Translations under genes and position numbers: made by a program
Shown here: one piece after another, positions 40,655 to 48,843 of the stretch
How the letters are laid out: each line of letters opens with the position of its first letter
How positions within the stretch are numbered: the stretch's first letter is position 1
DNA from: an uncultured Clostridium sp.
GTDB lineage: Bacteria > Bacillota > Clostridia > Oscillospirales > CAG-272
Assembly (NCBI GenBank): GCA_964567085.1
Contig: CAZMKU010000002.1
Span: forward strand, 1-57,108
DNA: 57,108 nucleotides
Reading direction: 5' to 3'
The notes under the pieces: generated by a model
The model's input: the letters and a program-made list of their open reading frames with translations, nothing else
Told to the model about the DNA's origin: nothing
The model's database searches: none

Positions 40655-40684
40655 ATAATAACACATTTGGAGTAAAATTGTCAA
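40655..40684 (-). promoter_or_regulatory. Candidate promoter of the 14-kb ABC operon
   Basis: The minus strand reads TTGACA (40679-40684), 18 nt, TATTAT (40655-40660). This implies an untranslated leader of about 360 nt. Confidence 0.4.
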
Positions 40685-41436
40685 GCAAAATATGGCAATA
40701 AAAAACTTACGCGCAAAGGGAAAAGCAGGCAAAAAGCGTTCAAAAACCACACCTGTTTTCAGCCTCAAAATTGTAAAAAAGCCGCCGCGACAAGGCGTTA
40801 ATTTATTAAAAGTCGTAAAGGTAATTTATTTTTACTATTTTTATGGTAATTTCGCAAGTTTTCGGGCGCTTTTGGTTGAATTTACGCTCTTTTTTACACT
40901 AAAAAGCCTCAAAAATATCGCGAGGTAAATTATTTTTACCGCATTTTGTTCAAGAAGCAAATTCAATCAAGCTCCGCTTTGCAGTCACGTGACCGCCTGA
41001 TTTGTGCATTTCCCACAATTTTGAGGACTATTTTTCTACACCCGTCAAAATCAAAAAAGTTTTAATTTTCGGTCAGCTTTAACCCCAAGGGGCTCCGTTT
41101 TTGCGCCCATCGGCGCGCCGAAAGCTTCGTAAAACGAATTTGGTCGTTTTATTTTACAATTATTGCCATTTTTCTTGAAATCCCATTTTACCGAAGAACA
41201 GCGCTTCGCGCAGAAATCAGCCGCGCCGCAGGGAGCGATGATCGCAAGAGCGTCACAGCCCTCTTTTGCGCCGAAAGACAACGCAAAAAAACGTCCCGCA
41301 AAGGTCTCGCGCTCTCCGATCATTCCTCGGCAGTCAAGCCGCATCGCTTCCTTGCTTTCAGCCTCCATTGCGCTCGCCTTGCTATCTACATTTTGTTGTG
41401 TTTTAAACTTGTTGTTAATATTCTAATAATTAAGAG

Positions 41437-41472
41437 CAAAAAATCAGCCTTGACAATAAAATCAAGGCTGAT
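41437..41472 (-). terminator. Intrinsic terminator after the HAD gene
   Basis: An 11-bp perfect stem, ATCAGCCTTGA-8 nt-TCAAGGCTGAT, is followed on the minus strand by UUUUUU. Confidence 0.8.
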
Positions 41473-41489
41473 TTGTATTCATATAATAT

Positions 41490-42131
41490 TTATCCAATAA
41501 TATTTTCCAATTCGGAGAAATCATCAAACACGAAAGCGCCGCAGGCCTCAAGTCTCGCTCTATCCTGATGTCCGCCCGCAAACAGAGCGCAGTCCGCGCC
41601 AAGTATTTGAGAAACCTCGTAATCGTGAGTGGTATCGCCTATATAGAGCGCCCTCGCATCGGGATTGCTTTCGCGCCAAGCCCTCGCAAGCTCTCCCTTA
41701 CCCGCGGCGTGAATGTTGGTAAGACCTATTACCTCGGTGAAATGCTCATAAACGTCAAGCTGGCGCAGTTGATCCGTCAGCATACCTATCTCGCACGCCG
41801 ACAAAACGAGCTGATCTATTCCCCTTCCCCGAATATATTCAAGCAGCTCTCTGACCCCGCGAACGATCTTCGGGTCCCTAGTATGCTCAAGATAAAGCTC
41901 CACCCACTCAACCGCAAGCACGTCGTAAGGCGTTTTGGTAAAATCAAATCCGATTCTCTCGTAGTAATCCTTAACGGGAAATCCGAACGCCCTCCTGTAG
42001 GTATCCGTATCGGGAATTTTCGGCACACCGTACTTTTCGAGCAAAGCATTCACACTAACAATGCCGGGCTCGACGTCATCGAGAATAGTCCCGTTAAAAT
42101 CCCAGATTATATGGGTATATTTATTATTCAT
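41490..42131 (-). CDS. HAD-superfamily hydrolase (phosphoglycolate phosphatase-like) with motif I DFNGT
   Basis: The ATG at 42131 (MNNKYTHIIWDFNGTILDD) has a GGAGA RBS. Motif II is VLSAC, with K...GDTTHD as motifs III/IV. The 97-aa Arg-rich N-terminal extension in the ORF track overlaps the upstream SBP gene and is spurious. Confidence 0.85.
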   Translation of the reverse strand: MNNKYTHIIWDFNGTILDDVEPGIVSVNALLEKYGVPKIPDTDTYRRAFGFPVKDYYERIGFDFTKTPYDVLAVEWVELYLEHTRDPKIVRGVRELLEYIRGRGIDQLVLSACEIGMLTDQLRQLDVYEHFTEVIGLTNIHAAGKGELARAWRESNPDARALYIGDTTHDYEVSQILGADCALFAGGHQDRARLEACGAFVFDDFSELENIIG

Positions 42132-42150
42132 TATTATTTCTCCAAAATAA

Positions 42151-42174
42151 CAGCCCCCACGCGCGTGAGGGCTG
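42151..42174 (-). terminator. Intercistronic hairpin or partial terminator between the SBP and HAD genes
   Basis: The minus-strand RNA reads CAGCCC-UCACGCGCGUGG-GGGCUG followed by UUAUUUU. Confidence 0.45.
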
Positions 42175-42189
42175 TATAAAATCAAATTC

Positions 42190-44184
42190 TTACTGCCTTG
42201 CGTTCCATTCAAGGTAAACCGTGTAAGGATAGTATGCGTCGCCCTCACTGTCAGGCTTATACGTACCCGAGCAATACTTGTAGAGGTCGATCGTCTTATT
42301 GCCAAACTTAACGGTCGTATCCGCGCTATACTTAAGCCTTTCAACGATAGGATCGATAGAAAGCGAGCCCGTAGGACCGTTGATAAGATTCGAATACTCC
42401 TTATAGGTCGTGCACGCCTCAAGCTCTGCCCAAATAGAGCTCGACATCTCCGCGATATTTTTTATCATTGTAACATCAAGCGCCGCGGGCTTGTCAGCAG
42501 ACACCGTGTAGGAATCCACCATTTCGGTAAGATCAAAGCCGAGCAGAGGATCAATGAGCGCCTCGCCGTTCTGATTTCTGACGTTTTCCCAATAATTCGT
42601 GGGCTTGCCCTCCTCGGGGTATGCCAAGAAGCAGTTGCCCGTAACGTCCATATTCATCATATAATCGTTGTTGAGACGTCTGAGCGAGCCCTTCTCCACC
42701 ACGTAATGAACGCCCTCAACTCCGTACTGAAGGATGTTCTTGAGTCCCTTGGTCGTATTAAGCTCCGTGATAACCTTCATAGACTCCGTAAGGTAATCGG
42801 AGAACGAGGTTACCGCAAACATATTTCCGTAAATATCGCTCTCGTCAGCCTGGGGGTATTCAACAACAACGGCATAATACTGCTCGCCGTTCTCGTCCGT
42901 GTAAACGCCGCGGGCGGAATCAGTCCAATCCGCCTTAACGGAATAATCGCCCTTCATAAAGGAGATCGCGCTCTTCTGTCCGTCGGCAGCCTCGCCGTAG
43001 CAATTATCAAACTCGTACTTTTTCAAGGCGAGAAGCGTATTTACGTATTCCTCATCGCCAAAGAGCGAATTGAATCCGAGAGTAATGTCACCTCTGTTGA
43101 TATTAAGAGGAGAACCGTAGAGACAGCCAACCAAGTTGAACTTGTTGTCTCTGTTTATCGTATATTCGTGATCGGCAACTCTGATAGGATCGCCGTCATC
43201 GTCGAGCATTACGTCGCCGTATTCGTCAACGGCGTCGACGTACTGAGTCGCAACGTCGATATTCCAATACCAAACAAGCATATCAAGACACTCGTCAAAG
43301 GAAGACGCAATGGGAAGAACGTATCCGTCGTCCTCGGACGTAAGACCCTTGTTCTCGTGAAGCAGGATATCCTCAACCAAGCTCTGACAGTCTATAATGG
43401 AGGTTACCTTAGTATAATCGAAATAATACTTGTCGCAAATCTCCTTATCGAGAAGCATGTATGTATATTCACCGATCTCGTTATTGTTGGGGATCGCATA
43501 CGTAGCGTCACCGATCTTCGCACCCGAAAGCAGAGGAGTGGAAACGTACGTCGAAAGCTTTGCCGCAGTATCCGCAAGCTCTTCGTCAAGAGGAGCAAGC
43601 CACTCGTTGTCAATATAGCTTATGTACCTGTCACGACCCGCAATATAAATAATATCCACCTGATTGTCCTCAGCCTTGGGATATACGGGCTTGGACATAC
43701 CGTCCACGATCTCAGTCTCAAGCTCGACCGTCTCCGACGCGCCCGAATCGTAAGAATCTCTGTAGGGCTCGTACTCGGGATTTTCCTCAAAGAAATTATT
43801 TATGATCTCTTCCTCGGTAAGCTTACCGCCGCTCGCGTCAGCGATCTTATCGTCAAGCTTTTCCTTGAGCTCGTCAATTATCTTCTGCTCCTCCTCAAGC
43901 TCAACGAGCTTTGCCTCGAGAGTTGAGAAATACTCGTCCTCGGTATAGAAGAAAAGGTCAACGTACACCTTGTATTTTGACACGGTGATCTCCGAAAAAG
44001 CCTCCTCGACGAGCTTCTCGGTTGCCGCGCTTACTTTATTTTCGGAAACTATCCACATGCTTATCGTCGTTACGTCAAGAATTTCCGTTTCATCAAGGTC
44101 GCTACGGTCAGAGCAGCTGACAAGCGCGCCCAAAGACAACAGCATAATCACGGCCAACGCCATGCTTAAGAGTCTCTTATACAT
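42190..44184 (-). CDS. Extracellular solute-binding lipoprotein (large family-1 sugar SBP)
   Basis: 664 aa with a lipobox (LSLGALVSC-SD). The length and pattern are typical of large Firmicute oligosaccharide SBPs. The RBS is AAGGAGGAG. Confidence 0.82.
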   Translation of the reverse strand: MYKRLLSMALAVIMLLSLGALVSCSDRSDLDETEILDVTTISMWIVSENKVSAATEKLVEEAFSEITVSKYKVYVDLFFYTEDEYFSTLEAKLVELEEEQKIIDELKEKLDDKIADASGGKLTEEEIINNFFEENPEYEPYRDSYDSGASETVELETEIVDGMSKPVYPKAEDNQVDIIYIAGRDRYISYIDNEWLAPLDEELADTAAKLSTYVSTPLLSGAKIGDATYAIPNNNEIGEYTYMLLDKEICDKYYFDYTKVTSIIDCQSLVEDILLHENKGLTSEDDGYVLPIASSFDECLDMLVWYWNIDVATQYVDAVDEYGDVMLDDDGDPIRVADHEYTINRDNKFNLVGCLYGSPLNINRGDITLGFNSLFGDEEYVNTLLALKKYEFDNCYGEAADGQKSAISFMKGDYSVKADWTDSARGVYTDENGEQYYAVVVEYPQADESDIYGNMFAVTSFSDYLTESMKVITELNTTKGLKNILQYGVEGVHYVVEKGSLRRLNNDYMMNMDVTGNCFLAYPEEGKPTNYWENVRNQNGEALIDPLLGFDLTEMVDSYTVSADKPAALDVTMIKNIAEMSSSIWAELEACTTYKEYSNLINGPTGSLSIDPIVERLKYSADTTVKFGNKTIDLYKYCSGTYKPDSEGDAYYPYTVYLEWNARQ

Positions 44185-44314
44185 ACAATCTCCTCCTTAA
44201 ATTTCCTTTTGGCGCAACACAAATAAGGACTTATTCGGACAGTCCCGCCGAAGCGCGCGCTCAATACCGCCAAAGAGCAGGCGCACCGCCGCCAAAAGAA
44301 ATACATACACTTTG

Positions 44315-44343
44315 ATTTTACAATAAAAAGCCACTTTTGTCAA
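44315..44343 (-). promoter_or_regulatory. Sigma-A type promoter of the SBP-HAD unit
   Basis: The minus strand reads TTGACA (44338-44343), 17 nt, TAAAAT (44315-44320), about 125 nt upstream of the start codon. Confidence 0.6.
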
Positions 44344-44543
44344 GACGGGATTTTTACGTACAATTTAATATATTATATATAATTACACGTCTTTTTTGCG
44401 CCCGCAGTAATTCGCTTAGTCGTTTTCAACAACGCCAAGTTTTGGGTTTTGTGCAAAGTGATATTTTTATTGTTTGAATTTAACATTTTTAAAACAGTTT
44501 TTTTGGTATGCAAAAACAAAAATATTTACAAATGAAAAGGTTA

Positions 44544-45656
44544 TCAATCAAGGAATCCCTTGAGGTGACGCGCGCGGCTGGGGTGACGGAGCTTACGGAG
44601 CGCCTTCGCCTCGATCTGACGGATTCGCTCACGCGTAATATCAAATTCCTTACCAACCTCCTCAAGCGTTCTCGTTCTGCCGTCGTAAAGACCGAATCTC
44701 AGCTTGATAACGTGCTCCTCACGGGGTGTGAGGGTATGAAGCTCGCGCTCGATGACCTCACGCAAGATAGTGGATGCAGCCGCGTCCGCGGGAGCGGGCG
44801 TATCGTCGTCGGGAATAAAGTCGCCAAGGTGGCTGTCCTCCTCTTCACCGATAGGTGTTTCAAGAGATACGGGGTCCTGCGAAATTTTGAGTATTTCCCT
44901 TACCTTTTCAGCGCTCATACCGATCTTTTCACCGATCTCGTCGGCAGTGGGCTCGCGGCCCAGCTCCTGAAGCATCTGACGGGAATATCTCGTTACGCGG
45001 TGAATTGTCTCAACCATATGAACGGGAATACGGATAGTTCTCGCCTGGTCGGCGATCGCGCGTGTTATCGCCTGTCTTATCCACCATGTAGCGTAGGTGG
45101 AGAATTTATAGCCCTTCTGATAGTCGAACTTATCGACCGCCTTCATAAGACCGAGGTTACCCTCCTGAATGAGATCAAGGAAAAACATACCTCGTCCGAG
45201 ATATCTCTTTGCAATACTTACAACGAGACGAAGGTTGGACTCGACGAGTCTCATCTGCGCCTCCTCGTCGCCGTTCGCCATTCTCTCAGCGAGCTCTCTC
45301 TCCTCCTCGGCATCAAGAAGCGGAATACGGCCGATCTCCTTTAAATACTGACGAACGGGGTCGTCAATGGCAAAGCCCTCCTGCTCGAGGATCTTCTCCA
45401 TATTCTCGCCCGTGCCAAACTTTGACACCTCGTTCTGAATTTCCTCCATCTCGGCGTTTGAAATGTCGTCGGGAAGCGGAATATTATTGTCCTCAAGGGA
45501 TTCGTAGAGCTTATCAAGGCTGTCTATGTCATAGTCCATCTCCTCGAGCGCTTCGTCGAGGTCGTTGTCGGTAAGACCGCTCTTTTTGCCCTTGGCAATA
45601 AGGTCGTCGATCTTATTGCTCTTGTTTTCATTTACGTTCTTCTTTTCGTCTGCCAT
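44544..45656 (-). CDS. rpoD: RNA polymerase primary sigma factor (SigA/RpoD)
   Basis: 370 aa. Region 2 reads [12 protein letters not shown]...[42 protein letters not shown] and region 4 reads [32 protein letters not shown]. Confidence 0.97.
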   Translation of the reverse strand: MADEKKNVNENKSNKIDDLIAKGKKSGLTDNDLDEALEEMDYDIDSLDKLYESLEDNNIPLPDDISNAEMEEIQNEVSKFGTGENMEKILEQEGFAIDDPVRQYLKEIGRIPLLDAEEERELAERMANGDEEAQMRLVESNLRLVVSIAKRYLGRGMFFLDLIQEGNLGLMKAVDKFDYQKGYKFSTYATWWIRQAITRAIADQARTIRIPVHMVETIHRVTRYSRQMLQELGREPTADEIGEKIGMSAEKVREILKISQDPVSLETPIGEEEDSHLGDFIPDDDTPAPADAAASTILREVIERELHTLTPREEHVIKLRFGLYDGRTRTLEEVGKEFDITRERIRQIEAKALRKLRHPSRARHLKGFLD

Positions 45657-45739
45657 TTTTATGTCCTTTCTGATTCAAAAACAAAATATATCCATTTTTC
45701 TCAACAAACAATTTAAAATTAAATGTACTGTTTTTGTTT

Positions 45740-47518
45740 TTATGCTTTATTCAGCTTATTTCTCTTCGCCTGAAGTATTTTTTCGATCATATCGACCGAG
45801 TCGCCGCTCTCCGTGCTGCTCTTCATAGCCTTTTCGTGCTTTAACGATTCAATGCTCTGCTCGAATACGTTCACACCGTTCTCGGTAAGCGAGCGTCTCT
45901 TCATTTCCATCCGTCCCAGACGCGATATCTCGTTCGTGTTGAAAAATTCACCAAGCACCGAGAAGGCGTAGCCGTCCTCACTCTCAAGCTCCATTATTTT
46001 TTCAAACGCGCGTCGGTTGAACTCGCTCAGGAAATCGTCCGCAGAAAGCTTGAATTTTCCACTTAAAACACCCGCGCGATATTCGGGAAACATAAGTAAA
46101 AGTCCCATAACCGCCTCCTCCGCGGCGTTAGCGCGGATATTCTTCGCGGCGTCGGGATTGACCTTGTCTCCGATTCCCATAGCGTCAAGCTTGGCATTTT
46201 TGCTCTCCGCCCGCTTGTGCTCGTTTATCTTGCTCGCGCGAAGCCTTGCAACGTCATTCTTGATTCCGTCGCGGCTGATACCGAATTTGGCCGCCGCAGC
46301 TCCAATATAAACGTCGCGCTCAACGTCGCTCCATATTTCCGAGATGTATTCGCACATCTCCGCCGCCGCCTTGATCTTCTGGTCGGCAAGAGAGATGTCA
46401 TATTTAAGAAGGAGGTTGTCCATCTTGAATTCAAAGCCCGTACGTCCCTCGCCCAAGATCTTGCGGAAGCTGTCCGCGCCGTATTTTTTAATGTATTCGT
46501 CGGGGTCCTTCGCTCCGCGCATTTTAAGTATCCTTACGTCAAGTCCAACCTCGGAGAGCATCGCAACCGCGCGGTTGGCCGCTCTCTGTCCCGCCTCGTC
46601 CGAATCGTAAGCGATAAGCACCTGCTTCGTATATTTCGCCATCATTCTCGCCTGCTCGTTGGTGAGAGCCGTGCCGAGAGTCGCGACCGCGTTCTCAAAG
46701 CCCGCGGCGTGCAGGGCGATAACGTCCATATAGCCCTCGCAAAGTATAAGCTTGTCCGAGCAATTATGCCGCGCGTAATTGAGCGCAAACAAATTTCTGC
46801 TCTTTTTGAACGCGGGGGTGTCCGACGTGTTAAGGTATTTAGGCTTGGAATCGTCCATAACTCGTCCGCCGAAGCCAATCACGTTGCCCGTAGTATCTAT
46901 TATCGGGAAAATCACTCTATTTCTGAAATAGTCGTAAGTGCGCCCCGTTTTCTGACTTTTTCCGCAAAGGAAGCCTTCGATAAGCTCCGCATCCGTAAAG
47001 CCCTTTTTGTGAAGATGATCGGTAAGTCCGCCAAAGCCGTTCGGCGCAAAGCCAAGACCGAAATGCTTGATCACGGGGAGCGAAAGATTTCTCGCGCCGT
47101 TAAGATAGTCCATTCCGACCTTGCCCAAATTCTCGTCGAAAAGGCAAGCCCTGAAATACTTTGCCGCCTCAAGATTCATCTGAAGGATCCTGCGCCGACG
47201 GCGCGAGGTGTCGTCCTCGCCGTATTCCTTGGAAATGTTGATTCCCGCGCGCTTTGCAAGGGATTCAACCGCGGCTACGTATTCAAGATTTTCGCTCCTC
47301 ATAACGAAGCTTATAGCGTCGCCGCTCTGTGAGCAGCCGAAGCAGTAAAAGGTCTGTGTTGCGGGAAAAACCGTAAACGAAGGGGTTTTTTCGTTGTGAA
47401 AGGGGCAAAGTCCGTTGTAATTCGAGCCCGCCCGCTTGAGATTCACGTAGCCCGAGATAACGTCAACTATGTCGTTTCTTCGGCGAATCTCCTCGACCAC
47501 CTCTTTAGGTATTCGCAT
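45740..47518 (-). CDS. dnaG: DNA primase
   Basis: The ATG at 47518 gives MRIPKEVVEEIRRRNDIVDVI. Zinc finger CPFHNEKTPSFTV...YCFGC and Toprim region LCEGYMDVIAL...AYDSDEAGQRA. The dnaG-rpoD order is conserved. Confidence 0.96.
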   Translation of the reverse strand: MRIPKEVVEEIRRRNDIVDVISGYVNLKRAGSNYNGLCPFHNEKTPSFTVFPATQTFYCFGCSQSGDAISFVMRSENLEYVAAVESLAKRAGINISKEYGEDDTSRRRRRILQMNLEAAKYFRACLFDENLGKVGMDYLNGARNLSLPVIKHFGLGFAPNGFGGLTDHLHKKGFTDAELIEGFLCGKSQKTGRTYDYFRNRVIFPIIDTTGNVIGFGGRVMDDSKPKYLNTSDTPAFKKSRNLFALNYARHNCSDKLILCEGYMDVIALHAAGFENAVATLGTALTNEQARMMAKYTKQVLIAYDSDEAGQRAANRAVAMLSEVGLDVRILKMRGAKDPDEYIKKYGADSFRKILGEGRTGFEFKMDNLLLKYDISLADQKIKAAAEMCEYISEIWSDVERDVYIGAAAAKFGISRDGIKNDVARLRASKINEHKRAESKNAKLDAMGIGDKVNPDAAKNIRANAAEEAVMGLLLMFPEYRAGVLSGKFKLSADDFLSEFNRRAFEKIMELESEDGYAFSVLGEFFNTNEISRLGRMEMKRRSLTENGVNVFEQSIESLKHEKAMKSSTESGDSVDMIEKILQAKRNKLNKA

Positions 47519-47553
47519 ATTTTTTCCTTTCAATATATTTTTATATATTTTTA

Positions 47554-48570
47554 TCAGATACCGCGCCAAAACCTTGGAACGAACAATTCGTTATATGTCT
47601 GAGCGGCGTATCTGTCAGTCATGCCCGAAATAAAGTCGCAAACGCATCTCTCCACGGGCTCGCTTTTAGTGTTTTCATAATAAAAATTCGGCATCCGCTC
47701 GGGATTTTTCACATAATAGCCGAAAAGCTTAACGAGCATCTCCTGCGCCTTTGCATCCTCGCCCTTTACCGTCGGATTGCGGTATACGCGCTCGAAAAGA
47801 AACGCGCGCAGCTCGTTCGTGGCCTCCTGCACCGTCTCGCCCATGGATATGTAGGGCTTGCCGAGACTGTTTTCAATAGTTGCCGACACCATCGTGTTTA
47901 TTCTGTCGCCGTGCTCGTAGCCGAGAACGTCGAGGATGTCCCTCGGTATATCCTCGGTCGAGAGAACTCCCGCGCGGCGCGCGTCGTCGATGTCGTGATT
48001 TATGTACGCTATCCGATCGGCAAATTTAACTATGATTCCCTCGAGCGTGGAAGCAAGATTGCTTCCCGAATGGTTCAGAATACCGTCGCGCACCTCATAA
48101 GTAAGATTGAGTCCTCGGCCGTTATTTTCAAGCCGCTCAACCACGCGCAAGCTCTGCTTGTAGTGTGTGAAATCGCTCGAATAGCACTCCTGCAGCGCCG
48201 CCTCGCCCGCGTGACCGAAGGGCGTGTGACCGAGGTCGTGACCGAGAGCCGCAGCCTCGGTGAGATCCTCGTTCAGGCGAAGCGCCCGCGCGATAATGCG
48301 CGCGATCTGTGTTACCTCAAGGGTGTGAGTAAGTCTCGTTCTGTAATGGTCGCCCGCGGGTGCTAAAAAGACCTGCGTTTTGTTCATAAGCCTGCGGAAC
48401 GACTGCGAGTGAATTATCTTGTCGCGGTCGCGCTGAAACTCGGTACGGTTAACACACGGCTCATACGGATGCTCCCGTCCGCGCGTGTTTGATGTCAAAA
48501 ACGCGAATTCGGATAAATTGTTTTTTTCGTTTTCAAGAAAGAATTCGCAAACGCCCTTGCCGCCCGCCAT
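47554..48570 (-). CDS. dGTP triphosphohydrolase-like HD-domain protein
   Basis: RTRLTHTLEVTQIAR...LGHDLGHTPFGHAGE (HD motif), NHDIDD and DFISGMTDRYA. The ATG at 48570 is preferred over the GTG at 48579. Confidence 0.9.
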   Translation of the reverse strand: MAGGKGVCEFFLENEKNNLSEFAFLTSNTRGREHPYEPCVNRTEFQRDRDKIIHSQSFRRLMNKTQVFLAPAGDHYRTRLTHTLEVTQIARIIARALRLNEDLTEAAALGHDLGHTPFGHAGEAALQECYSSDFTHYKQSLRVVERLENNGRGLNLTYEVRDGILNHSGSNLASTLEGIIVKFADRIAYINHDIDDARRAGVLSTEDIPRDILDVLGYEHGDRINTMVSATIENSLGKPYISMGETVQEATNELRAFLFERVYRNPTVKGEDAKAQEMLVKLFGYYVKNPERMPNFYYENTKSEPVERCVCDFISGMTDRYAAQTYNELFVPRFWRGI

Positions 48571-48740
48571 AAGCTTCACCGCCTCGCCGTAAATTTTCCC
48601 TTTTGCGATATATTTCGCAAAATTCTATCCATATAAATAATATACGAGAAAATTTTCAAAAATACTTTTTTATTTCGACTTTTTCTTAAAATTTTTTTGG
48701 GAATATAAATTTAAAAGCATAATAGCACGAATTTTTCATT

Positions 48741-48778
48741 AAAAAGAAAACGCCGAGAAGTCGACAACCTCACGGCAT
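48741..48778 (-). terminator. Probable terminator of the SPFH/4TM/TIR operon
   Basis: The minus-strand RNA has an imperfect hairpin (GCCGUGAGG...UUCUCGGC) followed by GUUUUCUUUUU, about 65 nt after the stop at 48844. Confidence 0.45.
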
Positions 48779-48843
48779 TTTCGTTTAAATGAAATTATTT
48801 GAAGCTCCATTTAATTCTCAGAGCCTATTCATAACAGGCTTTA

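Noticed and set aside
41051-41368. 105-aa Cys-containing minus-strand ORF in the unassigned intergenic region; 78-aa plus-strand ORF at 40692-40928
   Set aside because: Neither has a convincing RBS or promoter, and I recognise no family. The composition suggests chance ORFs or a decayed remnant. I kept the region only as a low-interest finding.
42132-42422. Arg-rich 97-aa N-terminal extension of the HAD ORF; similar overextensions at 23033-23230 (GPH transporter), 40289-40333 (SBP), 47519-47569 (dnaG) and 19135-19191 (scpB)
   Set aside because: The extensions overlap the 3' ends of upstream genes or lack an RBS. In each case an internal ATG with a good Shine-Dalgarno coincides with the start of the conserved domain.
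26105-44184. Absence of an ABC ATPase gene considered as evidence of a defective or pseudogenised transporter
   Set aside because: Firmicute CUT1 sugar importers commonly use a shared, unlinked MsmX/MsmK-type ATPase. All permease and SBP frames are intact, with good RBSs.
44508-45344. 278-aa plus-strand ORF opposite rpoD; 371-aa ORF at 46217-47332 opposite dnaG; 151-aa ORF at 47911-48366 opposite the dGTPase-like gene
   Set aside because: The opposite-strand genes carry unmistakable sigma-70, primase and HD-domain motifs. The antisense ORFs have no motifs or RBS.
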